Shown in pieces: positions 38,378-53,442 of a stretch of DNA of 64,000 nucleotides. The notes beneath the pieces are model-generated. The model was not told the origin of the DNA, searched no databases, and was given only the letters and a program-made list of their open reading frames with translations. Numbering within the stretch: position 1 is the stretch's first letter; every line of letters starts with the position of its first letter. A program made the translations under genes and the position numbers. The stretch is from Nitrospiraceae bacterium (lineage in GTDB: Bacteria; Nitrospirota; Nitrospiria; Nitrospirales; Nitrospiraceae). Location of the stretch: contig JBFWWG010000004.1 in the NCBI GenBank assembly GCA_050246315.1, forward strand, positions 224,001 to 288,000, written 5' to 3'.

Positions 38378-40084
38378 CTAGGTATCAAAGGTCAGTGTGC
38401 TCGCCCTCATCGTATTCACCTCCGTCGAGCTGAGATCGGGCGGAGGATTCGTGATGTTCGCCGTCCCATTTCCGGTCATCAACTGATTATTGTTGGTGAC
38501 ATGATTCAGCCCCAACACATGCCCCACTTCGTGTCCCAGGGTCCAGATCGTCGCACCTTGCGCCACCACCGCCCCAGGGCGCCCTTGCGGATGGGCCGCG
38601 CACCCGTTGTACGGGGGCACGGTGGAACGCACAAAGTAGACCACCACATCGCGGCCCCACGCATTGTTGCGATTCCCAAAGAGCTGGGTCTGTTCAGCCG
38701 TCACCGTGCCACGCGTACAGCCCCCGACATCCACATCGTTGAGGGCCGGCAAGCTGAGCGTCTCGGTACTGACCCGGTGCACGCGAATTCCCACCGACTC
38801 ATAGACTTGTTGCATCGCCACCACCATCCGATCGATCGAAATCGTGGGGTTGGTTAAGACCTTAATATGGAGACGAAGAGTTTGCTCGCCGACCTCAAAG
38901 CGGTTGTCCGCCGTGTTCAGCAGCCACCCGCCGAACCGCGTGCCGTTCGGCGCCATCATCGGCACAGTAAAGGTATTGCCCGTCAGACGAAAGATGCCCA
39001 TCCCCCAGGGACTCGTGACCAGGATATCTTCCCTCCCGTCGCCAGTGAAGTCCGCCAAACTGTCGAACTGGTTGTCCGCCGTATTCAGCAGCCACCCGCC
39101 GAACCGCGTGCCGTTCGGCGCCATCATGGGAACCGAAAAGGTGTTGCCGGAGAGTTTCAGGACTCCGACTCCCCAGGGACTGGAGATGAAGATTTCGGCC
39201 TTGCCGTCCCCGTCGAAATCCGCTGCCGGTCCTATGCGGTTGTCGAGCGTATTGAGCAACCAGCCGCCGAACCGCGTTCCATTCGGCGCCATCATCGGAG
39301 CGGTCAGAGTACTGCCGTTCAGCTTCAGCACCCCGATGCCCCAGGGGCTGGTCATGAGCAACTCCGCCTTACCGTCACCGTCCAAATCCACACTGGTCAC
39401 CAGATGATTGTCCACGGTGTTGAGCAGCCATCCGCCGAACCGCGTCCCATTCGGAGCCATCATGGGTGCGGTCAACGCACTCCCGCTCAATTTCAGCACG
39501 CCGAGGCCCCAGGGACTGGTGATTAGAATCTCATCCTTCCCGTCTCCATCCATGTCGCCGACAGGGCTAAAGCGGTTATCGGCCGTATTGAGCAACCAGC
39601 CTCCAAACCTGGTTCCATTTTCCGCCATCATCAGAACCGAGAAGGTATTGCCGCTGAGCTTGAGGATGCCGATCCCCCAGGAACTCGTGACCAGGATCTC
39701 CGCCTTTCCATCTCCGTCGAAGTCGCCCACTGGTCCAAATCGATTGTCCGCCGTGTTCAACAACCATCCTCCGAAGCGGGTTCCGTTCGGGGCCATCATC
39801 GGAGCGGTGAGTGTGGTTCCGCTCAATTTCAGTACCCCGACACCCCATGGGCTGGTCACAAGCAATTCGGTTTTTCCGTCCCCATCGAAATCAGCCATCA
39901 GGTCGAAGCGGTTGTCCCCCGTGTTCAGGAGCCAGCCCCCGAAACGGGTCCCGTTCGGCGCCATCATCGGAGCGACCAGCGTATTCCCTGACAACTTCAA
40001 GATGCCGATGCCCCAGGGGCTCGTGACCGGGATCTCCGCCCTTCCATCACCGTCAAAGTCACTTCTCTTTCCAGCCATTGCCAT
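38378..40084 (-). CDS. FG-GAP/VCBS-like 7-repeat beta-propeller fused to a metzincin Zn-peptidase
   Basis: Seven 56-aa repeats with DxDGDG loops; C-terminal HEVGHVLGLNH and Met-turn QLM; no signal peptide. Confidence 0.88.
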   Translation of the reverse strand: MAMAGKRSDFDGDGRAEIPVTSPWGIGILKLSGNTLVAPMMAPNGTRFGGWLLNTGDNRFDLMADFDGDGKTELLVTSPWGVGVLKLSGTTLTAPMMAPNGTRFGGWLLNTADNRFGPVGDFDGDGKAEILVTSSWGIGILKLSGNTFSVLMMAENGTRFGGWLLNTADNRFSPVGDMDGDGKDEILITSPWGLGVLKLSGSALTAPMMAPNGTRFGGWLLNTVDNHLVTSVDLDGDGKAELLMTSPWGIGVLKLNGSTLTAPMMAPNGTRFGGWLLNTLDNRIGPAADFDGDGKAEIFISSPWGVGVLKLSGNTFSVPMMAPNGTRFGGWLLNTADNQFDSLADFTGDGREDILVTSPWGMGIFRLTGNTFTVPMMAPNGTRFGGWLLNTADNRFEVGEQTLRLHIKVLTNPTISIDRMVVAMQQVYESVGIRVHRVSTETLSLPALNDVDVGGCTRGTVTAEQTQLFGNRNNAWGRDVVVYFVRSTVPPYNGCAAHPQGRPGAVVAQGATIWTLGHEVGHVLGLNHVTNNNQLMTGNGTANITNPPPDLSSTEVNTMRASTLTFDT

Positions 40085-40664
40085 ACCTCCATCATCAACA
40101 ATGTGAAGCGAAGGGGATGAACCGCCTGCGGTACCGACGCGTGTGTCTCAGCAGCTTCCTTCGGCAGCCGGGATTACCGCTTTGAGTCAGATCGACTCTC
40201 CACGGCGATCTCGGCTGCCTTGCGTCCACAACGATTCGAGACAACAGTCTTTATACGTTTATGCAGCTCTTCGTTCAACCCGCCGGCGGTCAGGAACTGG
40301 CTGAAGAGGCCGAGGCTGTCGAGGCCCGTTTCCTCCAGGCGGACTTTCAGCCAGGTCTTGCCTCGCAAGAGAACGACTACCGGTGCCGAACGCAACCGGC
40401 ATACCACTGAGAGTTCGGATGCGGAATCGATGGAAGTGATTGTTATGACAGAGGCGAAAGGTGCGATCGTTGGATCGTGTGACTCAACGAACGCCTTGAG
40501 AGCGGTATCGGAATCGATACAGAGACGTTATTGGAGCATTATCGGATCGGATACAGGGACCAGACCGACGGGAGACTAACAGGATGAATAGCCCTCGACG
40601 GGCCTCGCGCTCTGTCCGCGACTGAGCTTAGTCGTTAGAAACAGGTCAGCGCATATGGACATAT

Positions 40665-41623
40665 GGGGTCAGATCTTGTTTTGTGCGTACCGATGAGCTA
40701 GACTTAATGGCATGGCCCGCCCGCTTCGCCTTGAATTTCCGGGGGCGCTGTACCACGTCACCGCTCGGGGGAACGCCCGCCACGCCATCGTCCTCGACGA
40801 CCAGGACCGGCAGCGGTTTCTCGATGTGCTGGCACGTGTGGTCGACCACTTTCACCTGCTGCTTCACGCCTATTGCCTGATGGACAACCACTACCATCTG
40901 CTGGTGGAAACACCGGAGGCGAATCTCTCGAGGGCCATGCGCCAGCTCAACGGCGTATATACCCAAGCCTTTAACCGCCGCCACCGGCGAGTGGGCCATG
41001 TGCTCCAAGGCCGCTTCAAGGCCATTGTGGTGGACCGGGACAGCTATCTGCTGGAACTGTGCCGGTACGTGGTCCTCAATCCGGTGCGCGCGAAAAGTAC
41101 CCGCAAACCAGAGACGTATGCATGGTCCAGCTACCGGGCCACAGCTGGCCTCGCCGCCACGCCACCGTTTCTGGCCGTGGATTGGCTGCTCTCCCAATTC
41201 GGCCGCCAGCGCCTGGCCGCTCAGCGAAAGTATCGGACCTTCGTCGCCGAGGGCATAGGGCAGGGCTCCCCGTGGGAGCATGTGCAGGGGCAGGTGCTGC
41301 TCGGGAGCGAGCGGTTCATCGACCGACTTCGGGTGGGGTTACAGGACAAGCGTGCCCTTCAGGAGATTCCCCGAGCGCAACGATTTGCCGCCCGGCCGAA
41401 GCTCAGCCACCTGTTTTCCGTCCGACTCGGCACCGACCGCACGCGCCGCAACGAGGTCATCCGTCGTGCCCACGTGGACCACGGCTACAGCTTGTCCGAG
41501 ATCGGGCAGGCGGTGGGGTTGCACTATTCGACCATCAGCCGGATCGTGAATCGGCAGGCCACCGATAATGCACATCGCAAGACCCGACCCCGTGATGATA
41601 ATGCACATAACAAGACCTGACCC
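40665..41623 (+). mobile_element. REP-associated tyrosine transposase element with inverted ends
   Basis: Left end GGGGTCAGATCTTGTT and right end AACAAGACCTGACCCC are inverted with 1 mismatch. A second right-end copy, CAAGACCCGACCCC, lies near 41578. Confidence 0.8.
40712..41620 (+). CDS. Y1 HUH transposase (RAYT-like) with C-terminal HTH
   Basis: MARPLR..FPGALYHVTARGN, YCLMDNHYHLL (HUH), QGRFKA, YVVLNPVRA, WSSY, YSLSEIG..VGLHYSTISR. Confidence 0.92.
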   Translation: MARPLRLEFPGALYHVTARGNARHAIVLDDQDRQRFLDVLARVVDHFHLLLHAYCLMDNHYHLLVETPEANLSRAMRQLNGVYTQAFNRRHRRVGHVLQGRFKAIVVDRDSYLLELCRYVVLNPVRAKSTRKPETYAWSSYRATAGLAATPPFLAVDWLLSQFGRQRLAAQRKYRTFVAEGIGQGSPWEHVQGQVLLGSERFIDRLRVGLQDKRALQEIPRAQRFAARPKLSHLFSVRLGTDRTRRNEVIRRAHVDHGYSLSEIGQAVGLHYSTISRIVNRQATDNAHRKTRPRDDNAHNKT

Positions 41624-41759
41624 TTAGATGATGGCACTAGAAGGCACCTTGCCTGCATTTGACAATCGCCGCCTGAAGTACAGAAAGCAGGATCGACGCG
41701 TAACATAGGCTGCGGTGCCTAATGCCATCAGGAGAAAAAAAGGAATCGGGTGTCTGTTC

Positions 41760-41947
41760 TCACCCGTCCTCCGGCGGCACTCGCAGCCTCAACGCGCCGC
41801 TTGCGTAGGCGAGCCGAAGCGCCTCTTCGAGCCACGCAAGCCGTTGTGCCGGCGTGGCGAGCAGGGTCGCCGAGAGAAGCTTTTGATTGTCGGCATCCCA
41901 GTCCGGCTGCGGTGTCGGTTCTCGGGGAGGGTTCACGTTGGTCGTCA
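41760..41947 (-). CDS. small hypothetical protein
   Basis: ATPAQRLAWLEEALRLA helix; directly downstream of the TA pair. Confidence 0.55.
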
Positions 41948-42021
41948 TGGGAGAGAAAGGCCTTGGTCTCCTGCGTCCCATTCATCCTAAGGTGAAGGAT
42001 CTCCTCCAGCAACGGATCCGC

Positions 42022-42345
42022 TTAGGATTTCGTCAGAGGCATCTCCACAAACGTCCCCGGTCGGATTTCTTTCAGATTCTCCTCGATCGCCGGTAGCAGC
42101 TCGATGACACGACGAACCTGATTTGTGGGAAGCACGATGACGGCCAAGCGTTTGCCGGAAAGATTCTGCTGGAAACGGACCTTCTGATCCGCAGTGACCA
42201 GCACGTCAAACTGCGCCTCAGCCCGGCGCAGCAACTCCCCGTTTTTGATTCCCGCCCATCCCATGTCCTGAACTGTCCGGATGGCAAGGTGCCCGAGGCG
42301 CTTTTGCACCACGTGAGGCACTGACTCATCGAGCAGAATGTTCAA
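42022..42345 (-). CDS. DUF5615 PIN-like toxin
   Basis: ILLDES, GWAGIKNGELL, FDVLVTAD...FQQNL. Confidence 0.9.
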   Translation of the reverse strand: MNILLDESVPHVVQKRLGHLAIRTVQDMGWAGIKNGELLRRAEAQFDVLVTADQKVRFQQNLSGKRLAVIVLPTNQVRRVIELLPAIEENLKEIRPGTFVEMPLTKS

Positions 42346-42583
42346 GCGGACTTCGCGAGCTTCAGAAGAGTGGCCTTGGAGAATTCCAACACTTGGATCG
42401 CATGCTGGCGGGTGACGGTAGGGAAATTGCTCAGAAATTCATCGAGGGACAGGCCGGCTTCGAGGTTGGTAAGGAGTGCCTCTACGGGGACACGGGTGCC
42501 TTTGAACACGGGAGTTCCACTGACAACCTCCGGATCGATGGTGATCGGGAGCTGTTTGAATTCTTTTTCGTCAATGGCGAGAT

Positions 42584-42587
<4 letters not shown>
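42342..42587 (-). CDS. DUF433 antitoxin
   Basis: IDPEVVSGTPVFKGTRVPV..L...LEAG.SLDEFL.NFPTV. Confidence 0.92.
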
Positions 42588-44014
<1,427 letters not shown>

Positions 44015-44033
44015 ATCCGTGTATCCTAAGTAC

Positions 44034-44073
44034 AGTGCTGAGTGTAGTCAGTGCTGAGTGTTGAGCCCTGAGC
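44034..44073. repeat. heptamer (AGTGCTG)n repeats between gltB and gltD
   Basis: Degenerate GTGCTGA repeats; same unit as 58111-58213. Confidence 0.6.
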
Positions 44074-44136
44074 AGCGTCAATGGTCATTCGTCAATCGGA
44101 CGAAATGTCCTTTACGATTGACGGATGACGCGTAAC

Positions 44137-48678
<4,542 letters not shown>

Positions 48679-48918
48679 AGACGGATGATCTATCCTCTTC
48701 AAAAGGCGGGAGATTTCTTCATGACGCTCCTCCGAGACACGTCAACCCGCCTCATCCTCGGGCCCTCGTGTCTGAGGCGAACCTACCTGTCCAGGATGAG
48801 CAAGAACTTACTGGATGGCGCGCGAAACTGTCAAGGGAACAGCCGACGACCAGGTACTCCAATCCTCCTCCCCAATTGCCTGGTTTTCTGTTTACCCTCC
48901 CGCATCTCCAGGATAGCT

Positions 48919-51900
48919 TCATTCGCGGCACATCACGGTCGTCCCGCTCGGTCGGCCGAGCGGTTCCAGATCCTTGACGGTCAACGTCACCACCCCAAAC
49001 TGTTCCTCAACGACCCCGCATACGACATAGGGATGATTAGGAAACAGGAGATGGCAACAGCGACGGTAGACCTGGGGAAACAGCGTGGCGTCATAGAGCG
49101 CCGTCTGGTCCTCGAACGTGGCAAATTCCATCGGCAGCCCGTTTTTGGTCTCGGCGAATTTTTCGGTGATCAGCAACCCGACCATCGTGACAGGCCGCCC
49201 TACAAAGCGCGCCATCGCCGAACCAGGGATCGCGCCCAATCGTTCGACCTGCGCGCGATAGAGGTCCAACGGATGAATGCTCACAGGAAATCCCAGCGTC
49301 TCGATCTCATGCGCCAGCTTCCGCGGCGGCGCATACTCTTCCGGGATGGGCAATGGCCCCGCGCCCGAGCATCCCGCGTACAACCGCCACAGCAAGGCGG
49401 GGCGCGTCAGCTCGCCGGCCAGGGAATCGCAGCAGCCGGACCGGATCAAGGCCCGCGCCTCTCCCCGATCCGGCTTCACCCGGAAGAGGAACTCCTGAAA
49501 GGACCGGAACGGACCGTCTTTCATTCGTCCCTCCACGATCCGCCGTCCCGTCGTTTCGGCTAACGCTTTGATCTGCATCAAGCCCATCCGGATCGTCCAT
49601 GCCTTGCCGGTATAGCCCCAGTCGCTGGCGTTGACGTCCGGCGGCAGGATCGCCAATCCCATCCGCCGCGCCTCCGATAGATACGCAAAGGTGGAATAGA
49701 AGCCACCCTGATTGCTGATGACCGCCGCCATGAACTCGGCAGGATAATGAACGCGCAGGTAGGCCGATTTGAAAGACACCTGCGCGTAGCTGGCCGAATG
49801 GGGCTTGCAGAAACTATAGCCCGCAAAGCTCATGATCATGCTCCAGAGCGCCGCAATTGGCTGTGCGGGCAGGCCGTTTCGTTCCGCGCCCTCGCAAAAC
49901 TGAATGTGGTAGTCGTGGAGCTGTTTCTGCTTGTGCTTCTTGCTCAGAACCTTGCGAAGCTGGTCGGCGTCCTCGACCGAAAAATCCGCGACCGCCATCG
50001 CCACCTTCGTGACATCCTCCTGATAGACCATGATGCCGTACGTCTCGTCCAGGATCGCGCCGAGCCGCGGATGCCACGGTTGGTAGGGCGCCCCCTGCGC
50101 GCGCCGGATGAACGCGTTGATGAACGGATTCGCCGCCGGCCGTACGAGCGAGGAGACGATCACCAAATTGTCGAACACGTCGAGCTGCGCCAATCTGGAG
50201 GCCGGCATGCCGCCCCACAGTTTTTTCAACAACAGCCTGGTCGCCGGCGACTCGATGTAAAAACAGCCGATCGTGTCGCCGCGTCGAATCACTTCTTGCG
50301 TGGCGGCGTCGCGCAGCGGGTCCCAGGTCGTCTCGTCGATCGTGCGCCCGTGGTGTCGGGCGACTGCCGCCAGCGTGTCACGGATCACCGCCAACGATCG
50401 GTTCCCCAACAGGTCAATCTTGACCAGTCCGGCTTCCTCTGTCTGGTCCTTCTCCCATTGAATGACCGGCACACCTTTAGCCGCGATCTCCACCGGCACG
50501 TATCGCCGGATCTCGTCCGGCACGATGACCACACCTCCGCAATGCACCGATAGATGCCGCAGGTGCTCCTGGACCTGTACCGCCAGCCGTAGAATGTCGG
50601 GCCAGGGGGGAGCCAGCCGAAGATCCCGGCTGAGACGAACCGTCCAATCCCCGTTCGTGTCCTCGCCCTCGGCGGCCGCCCGGTCCTCGGCATCGAACAC
50701 ATCCTTCCGGCGCGACACCAGCGACGACACCCGTTTGATCTCCTCGGCCGGCATGCCGTAGACCTTCGCCACTTCGCGCAGCGACGCCCGCCATCCGAGT
50801 GTGTTCTGATTCGCCACCATCGCGGCCTGCCTGGCTCCGTATTGTTCGAACACCCAATTCACAATGCGGTCCCGTTCATCCCAGGGAAAATCGATGTCGA
50901 TGTCCGGAGGATCTTGGCGACCCGGATTCAAGAACCGCTCAAAGAAGAGGTTGTGCCGAATCGGGTCCACCTGGGTGATCTGCAAACAGTACGAGACAAT
51001 CGACGCCGCAACCGACCCGCGCCCGCAAGTGCGCGCCGCCTGCTTGACGATTTCCTCCACGATGAGAAAGTAATGCGCAAACCCTTTGCGCCGAATGATG
51101 TCGAGTTCCTTCTCGATGCGGCCACGGACCTCAGGAGACAGCAGACCGCCATACCGGACGCGCGCCCCGTCGTAGGTCTTCCGGCGCAACAGGGCGCAGG
51201 CCTCGTCATCCGACAGAGCGCGAAACGTCGGGAAGATCGTGTCGCGAAAGGCCCACTCGCTATGACAGGCTTCTGCAATATGCAGACTGTTCGCCAAGGC
51301 GTCGGGCACGTGCGGGAAGTGACGGGCCATCGCCGGCGGCGGCATGAGCCACTGGGTCGGCGCGCAACAGGCGTCCGGCGCCAGCCGCGAGAGCGTGGTA
51401 TTCAACGCGATGGCCCGCAACAGGCGATGGACGGCAAATTCCTCCGGCCGCACACAATACACCCGGTTCGTTGCGACCGGCGGCAGGCCCAGGCGGCGGC
51501 TCACCAGCAGCGCCTGATGCATCGCGGGACCGGGCGTCAGTTCCACATAGAGGTCCTGGCGGGATTGACCAGTCCAGGCGATCAACGCCTGTTCATGATC
51601 GGTCAGCAGGATCAGGCCGGTCCGGCGGGCGGCTACTGATGCAATGAAATCAAACGACGGATCGCAATGGCGATCGGAGAGCAGCCGACAGAGGTTCGCG
51701 TACCCCTCCGGCGTTTTCGCCAAGAGCACCGCTCGATGCGTGGCCGTCGCCAGTTCGGCGCCGAGGATCGGGCGCAGTCCGGCCCGGCGGGCGACCTCCA
51801 CAAATCGAACGACTCCATACAGCCCATTGGTATCGGTCAGCGCCAGCGCACTCGCTCCCTGCGCGCGGGTCGATTTGCACAATTCGGTGACCGAGGAAAC

Positions 51901-51954
51901 CCCCTGCATGGGCGAATAGTCCGAATGCACGTGCAGATGAACGAACTCGGCCAT
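48919..51954 (-). CDS. dnaE2: error-prone DNA polymerase III alpha subunit
   Basis: PHP domain HLHVHSDYS, GRGS, LFFERFL, PPDIDIDF, HLSVHCGG, YSFCKPHS; directly downstream of imuB. Confidence 0.9.
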   Translation of the reverse strand: MAEFVHLHVHSDYSPMQGVSSVTELCKSTRAQGASALALTDTNGLYGVVRFVEVARRAGLRPILGAELATATHRAVLLAKTPEGYANLCRLLSDRHCDPSFDFIASVAARRTGLILLTDHEQALIAWTGQSRQDLYVELTPGPAMHQALLVSRRLGLPPVATNRVYCVRPEEFAVHRLLRAIALNTTLSRLAPDACCAPTQWLMPPPAMARHFPHVPDALANSLHIAEACHSEWAFRDTIFPTFRALSDDEACALLRRKTYDGARVRYGGLLSPEVRGRIEKELDIIRRKGFAHYFLIVEEIVKQAARTCGRGSVAASIVSYCLQITQVDPIRHNLFFERFLNPGRQDPPDIDIDFPWDERDRIVNWVFEQYGARQAAMVANQNTLGWRASLREVAKVYGMPAEEIKRVSSLVSRRKDVFDAEDRAAAEGEDTNGDWTVRLSRDLRLAPPWPDILRLAVQVQEHLRHLSVHCGGVVIVPDEIRRYVPVEIAAKGVPVIQWEKDQTEEAGLVKIDLLGNRSLAVIRDTLAAVARHHGRTIDETTWDPLRDAATQEVIRRGDTIGCFYIESPATRLLLKKLWGGMPASRLAQLDVFDNLVIVSSLVRPAANPFINAFIRRAQGAPYQPWHPRLGAILDETYGIMVYQEDVTKVAMAVADFSVEDADQLRKVLSKKHKQKQLHDYHIQFCEGAERNGLPAQPIAALWSMIMSFAGYSFCKPHSASYAQVSFKSAYLRVHYPAEFMAAVISNQGGFYSTFAYLSEARRMGLAILPPDVNASDWGYTGKAWTIRMGLMQIKALAETTGRRIVEGRMKDGPFRSFQEFLFRVKPDRGEARALIRSGCCDSLAGELTRPALLWRLYAGCSGAGPLPIPEEYAPPRKLAHEIETLGFPVSIHPLDLYRAQVERLGAIPGSAMARFVGRPVTMVGLLITEKFAETKNGLPMEFATFEDQTALYDATLFPQVYRRCCHLLFPNHPYVVCGVVEEQFGVVTLTVKDLEPLGRPSGTTVMCRE

Positions 51955-52010
51955 TGCGTCCCTGCCCGTTGATCAACCGAGACATCCTCTGTCCTGTGTC
52001 GTCCCCGGTT

Positions 52011-53195
52011 TCATGTCGTGCGTCCCCACCGAATCGCCCGCTCGCCGAACCGGTCGCGGAGTGCATCGAGCGTCACACAGAGCCGTTGCCGCCGTGCCCA
52101 CCGAATCTGCTCGGCAACCGGCCGGAGATCGAACAATGTCAGTTGCTCCGCCGGCGGCCCCACCTGCTCCGCTCGCAGAATGATCCGTTGCACGCACACT
52201 CGCCGTCGCACGCACCGGAAGAACAGCGTCGTGAGCGCCGGCAGCAGGTCCATTTCCCAGCAGGTCCCGCCCACCACCCGATCGGCGTAGACCTCCTGCT
52301 GATCGCGATACCGCACGATCAGCGCCAGACGCCGACAGACCCGCTGTTGCCGTCGCAACGTCCGGCACAGATATTCGATGCCTGTGCAGCAACGTCCCAA
52401 CAGAACCTGATCATCGATCTGTTCCGGGTCGAGCGCGCACGACCATTCAAGAGCCGGCTGCGTCGCCGGCGGATGCACGGGCGACGGATCGATCCCCTGC
52501 GCCCACTCATGCAGCAGTCTAGCGGTCGGCCCCATGGCACGTTCAAGCGCCGGCAGCGATACCTCGGCAATGGCGCCCAGTGTGCGCAGATTCAAGTCGT
52601 CCAGCAGGGCACGCACACGGGAGGCATGACGGCGCTGCAACCCGGGCAGTAAGTCGGGCGAGAGCGGTGCAAGGAATGCCCGCTCGGCATGGGACTCGAC
52701 GTGATGGAGTTGCGGTGGTCGCTCCAGCGTCATGGCCGCAAGGTGCGCGACGAGCTTGCTGCCGGCGATTCCGATTACGCCCGCGAGGCGGTGCCGTCGC
52801 GCCACTTCCCGCTCGACGCGGGCGGCGGCGTCCACCGTCGGACCATGGAGGCGGGTCGTACCGGTCAAATCCAGGAACAACGAGCCGGGCCGGACCGGTT
52901 CCCACAGAGGCGTAAATTCGGCCAACAGATTTTGCAGCCGGCCATGCGCCGTGCGCAGGTGAAGGGGGTCCGACAATACAATTCGCAACGAGGGACAGAG
53001 GTGCCGCGCGAGATCGACCGTCATGCCGGGAAACAGCCCTTCGGCGAGCGCCTCATGAGACACTTCGCACAGCCTGGCGCGAGGCCTCTGCATCGGCGCC
53101 GTGGCGACGGGTCTGCCGTTCAGCGATGCATCATCCGCTCGCGCCAGCGCAATGCCGAACAAGGGCACGTGAAAACACAGGATCTGCCGTTCCAT
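52011..53195 (-). CDS. imuB: inactive Y-family polymerase ImuB
   Basis: Y-family fold with degenerate catalytic motifs (CFHVPLF, PGSLFLD); clamp motif QLTLF; C-terminal LD.LR.RFG. Confidence 0.85.
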   Translation of the reverse strand: MERQILCFHVPLFGIALARADDASLNGRPVATAPMQRPRARLCEVSHEALAEGLFPGMTVDLARHLCPSLRIVLSDPLHLRTAHGRLQNLLAEFTPLWEPVRPGSLFLDLTGTTRLHGPTVDAAARVEREVARRHRLAGVIGIAGSKLVAHLAAMTLERPPQLHHVESHAERAFLAPLSPDLLPGLQRRHASRVRALLDDLNLRTLGAIAEVSLPALERAMGPTARLLHEWAQGIDPSPVHPPATQPALEWSCALDPEQIDDQVLLGRCCTGIEYLCRTLRRQQRVCRRLALIVRYRDQQEVYADRVVGGTCWEMDLLPALTTLFFRCVRRRVCVQRIILRAEQVGPPAEQLTLFDLRPVAEQIRWARRQRLCVTLDALRDRFGERAIRWGRTT

Positions 53196-53227
53196 GCACG
53201 GACCATGGACTGTTTTCGTTCTGCCTG

Positions 53228-53267
53228 GATGTATCCAATGGTTACATCGCGGTGAGACGGCTGTCAA
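53228..53267 (-). promoter_or_regulatory. imuB-dnaE2 promoter with an overlapping palindromic operator
   Basis: TTGACA (53267-53262)-17 nt-TAACCA. Palindrome GATGTATCCA-A-TGGTTACATC (53228-53248) covers the -10 element. Confidence 0.6.
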
Positions 53268-53442
53268 GACGAACATCACGGGCGGACCCCGGCCAAAATC
53301 GAGTCGCAAGAACAACGGCGGGCACGACTTCCCGGATCATACGGTGCCTCGCGCGTTCGGCGAGAGATTCGAGCACATGAAGTCCGGAACATCGGCCTGT
53401 GCAACTTGACTTGCCCTGCTCCCTGGCCTACTATCACGCGCC

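Noticed and set aside
38880..40062. Diversity-generating retroelement or CRISPR-like DNA repeats
   Set aside because: The repeats are in-frame 168-bp protein repeats with mostly synonymous variation, and no reverse transcriptase is present.
40174..40407. Small minus-strand ORF upstream of the protease operon
   Set aside because: No recognisable motif or SD. It may be a gene fragment but cannot be supported.
41641..41657. sigma54-like GG-N10-GC site
   Set aside because: Imperfect consensus and no plus-strand gene downstream.
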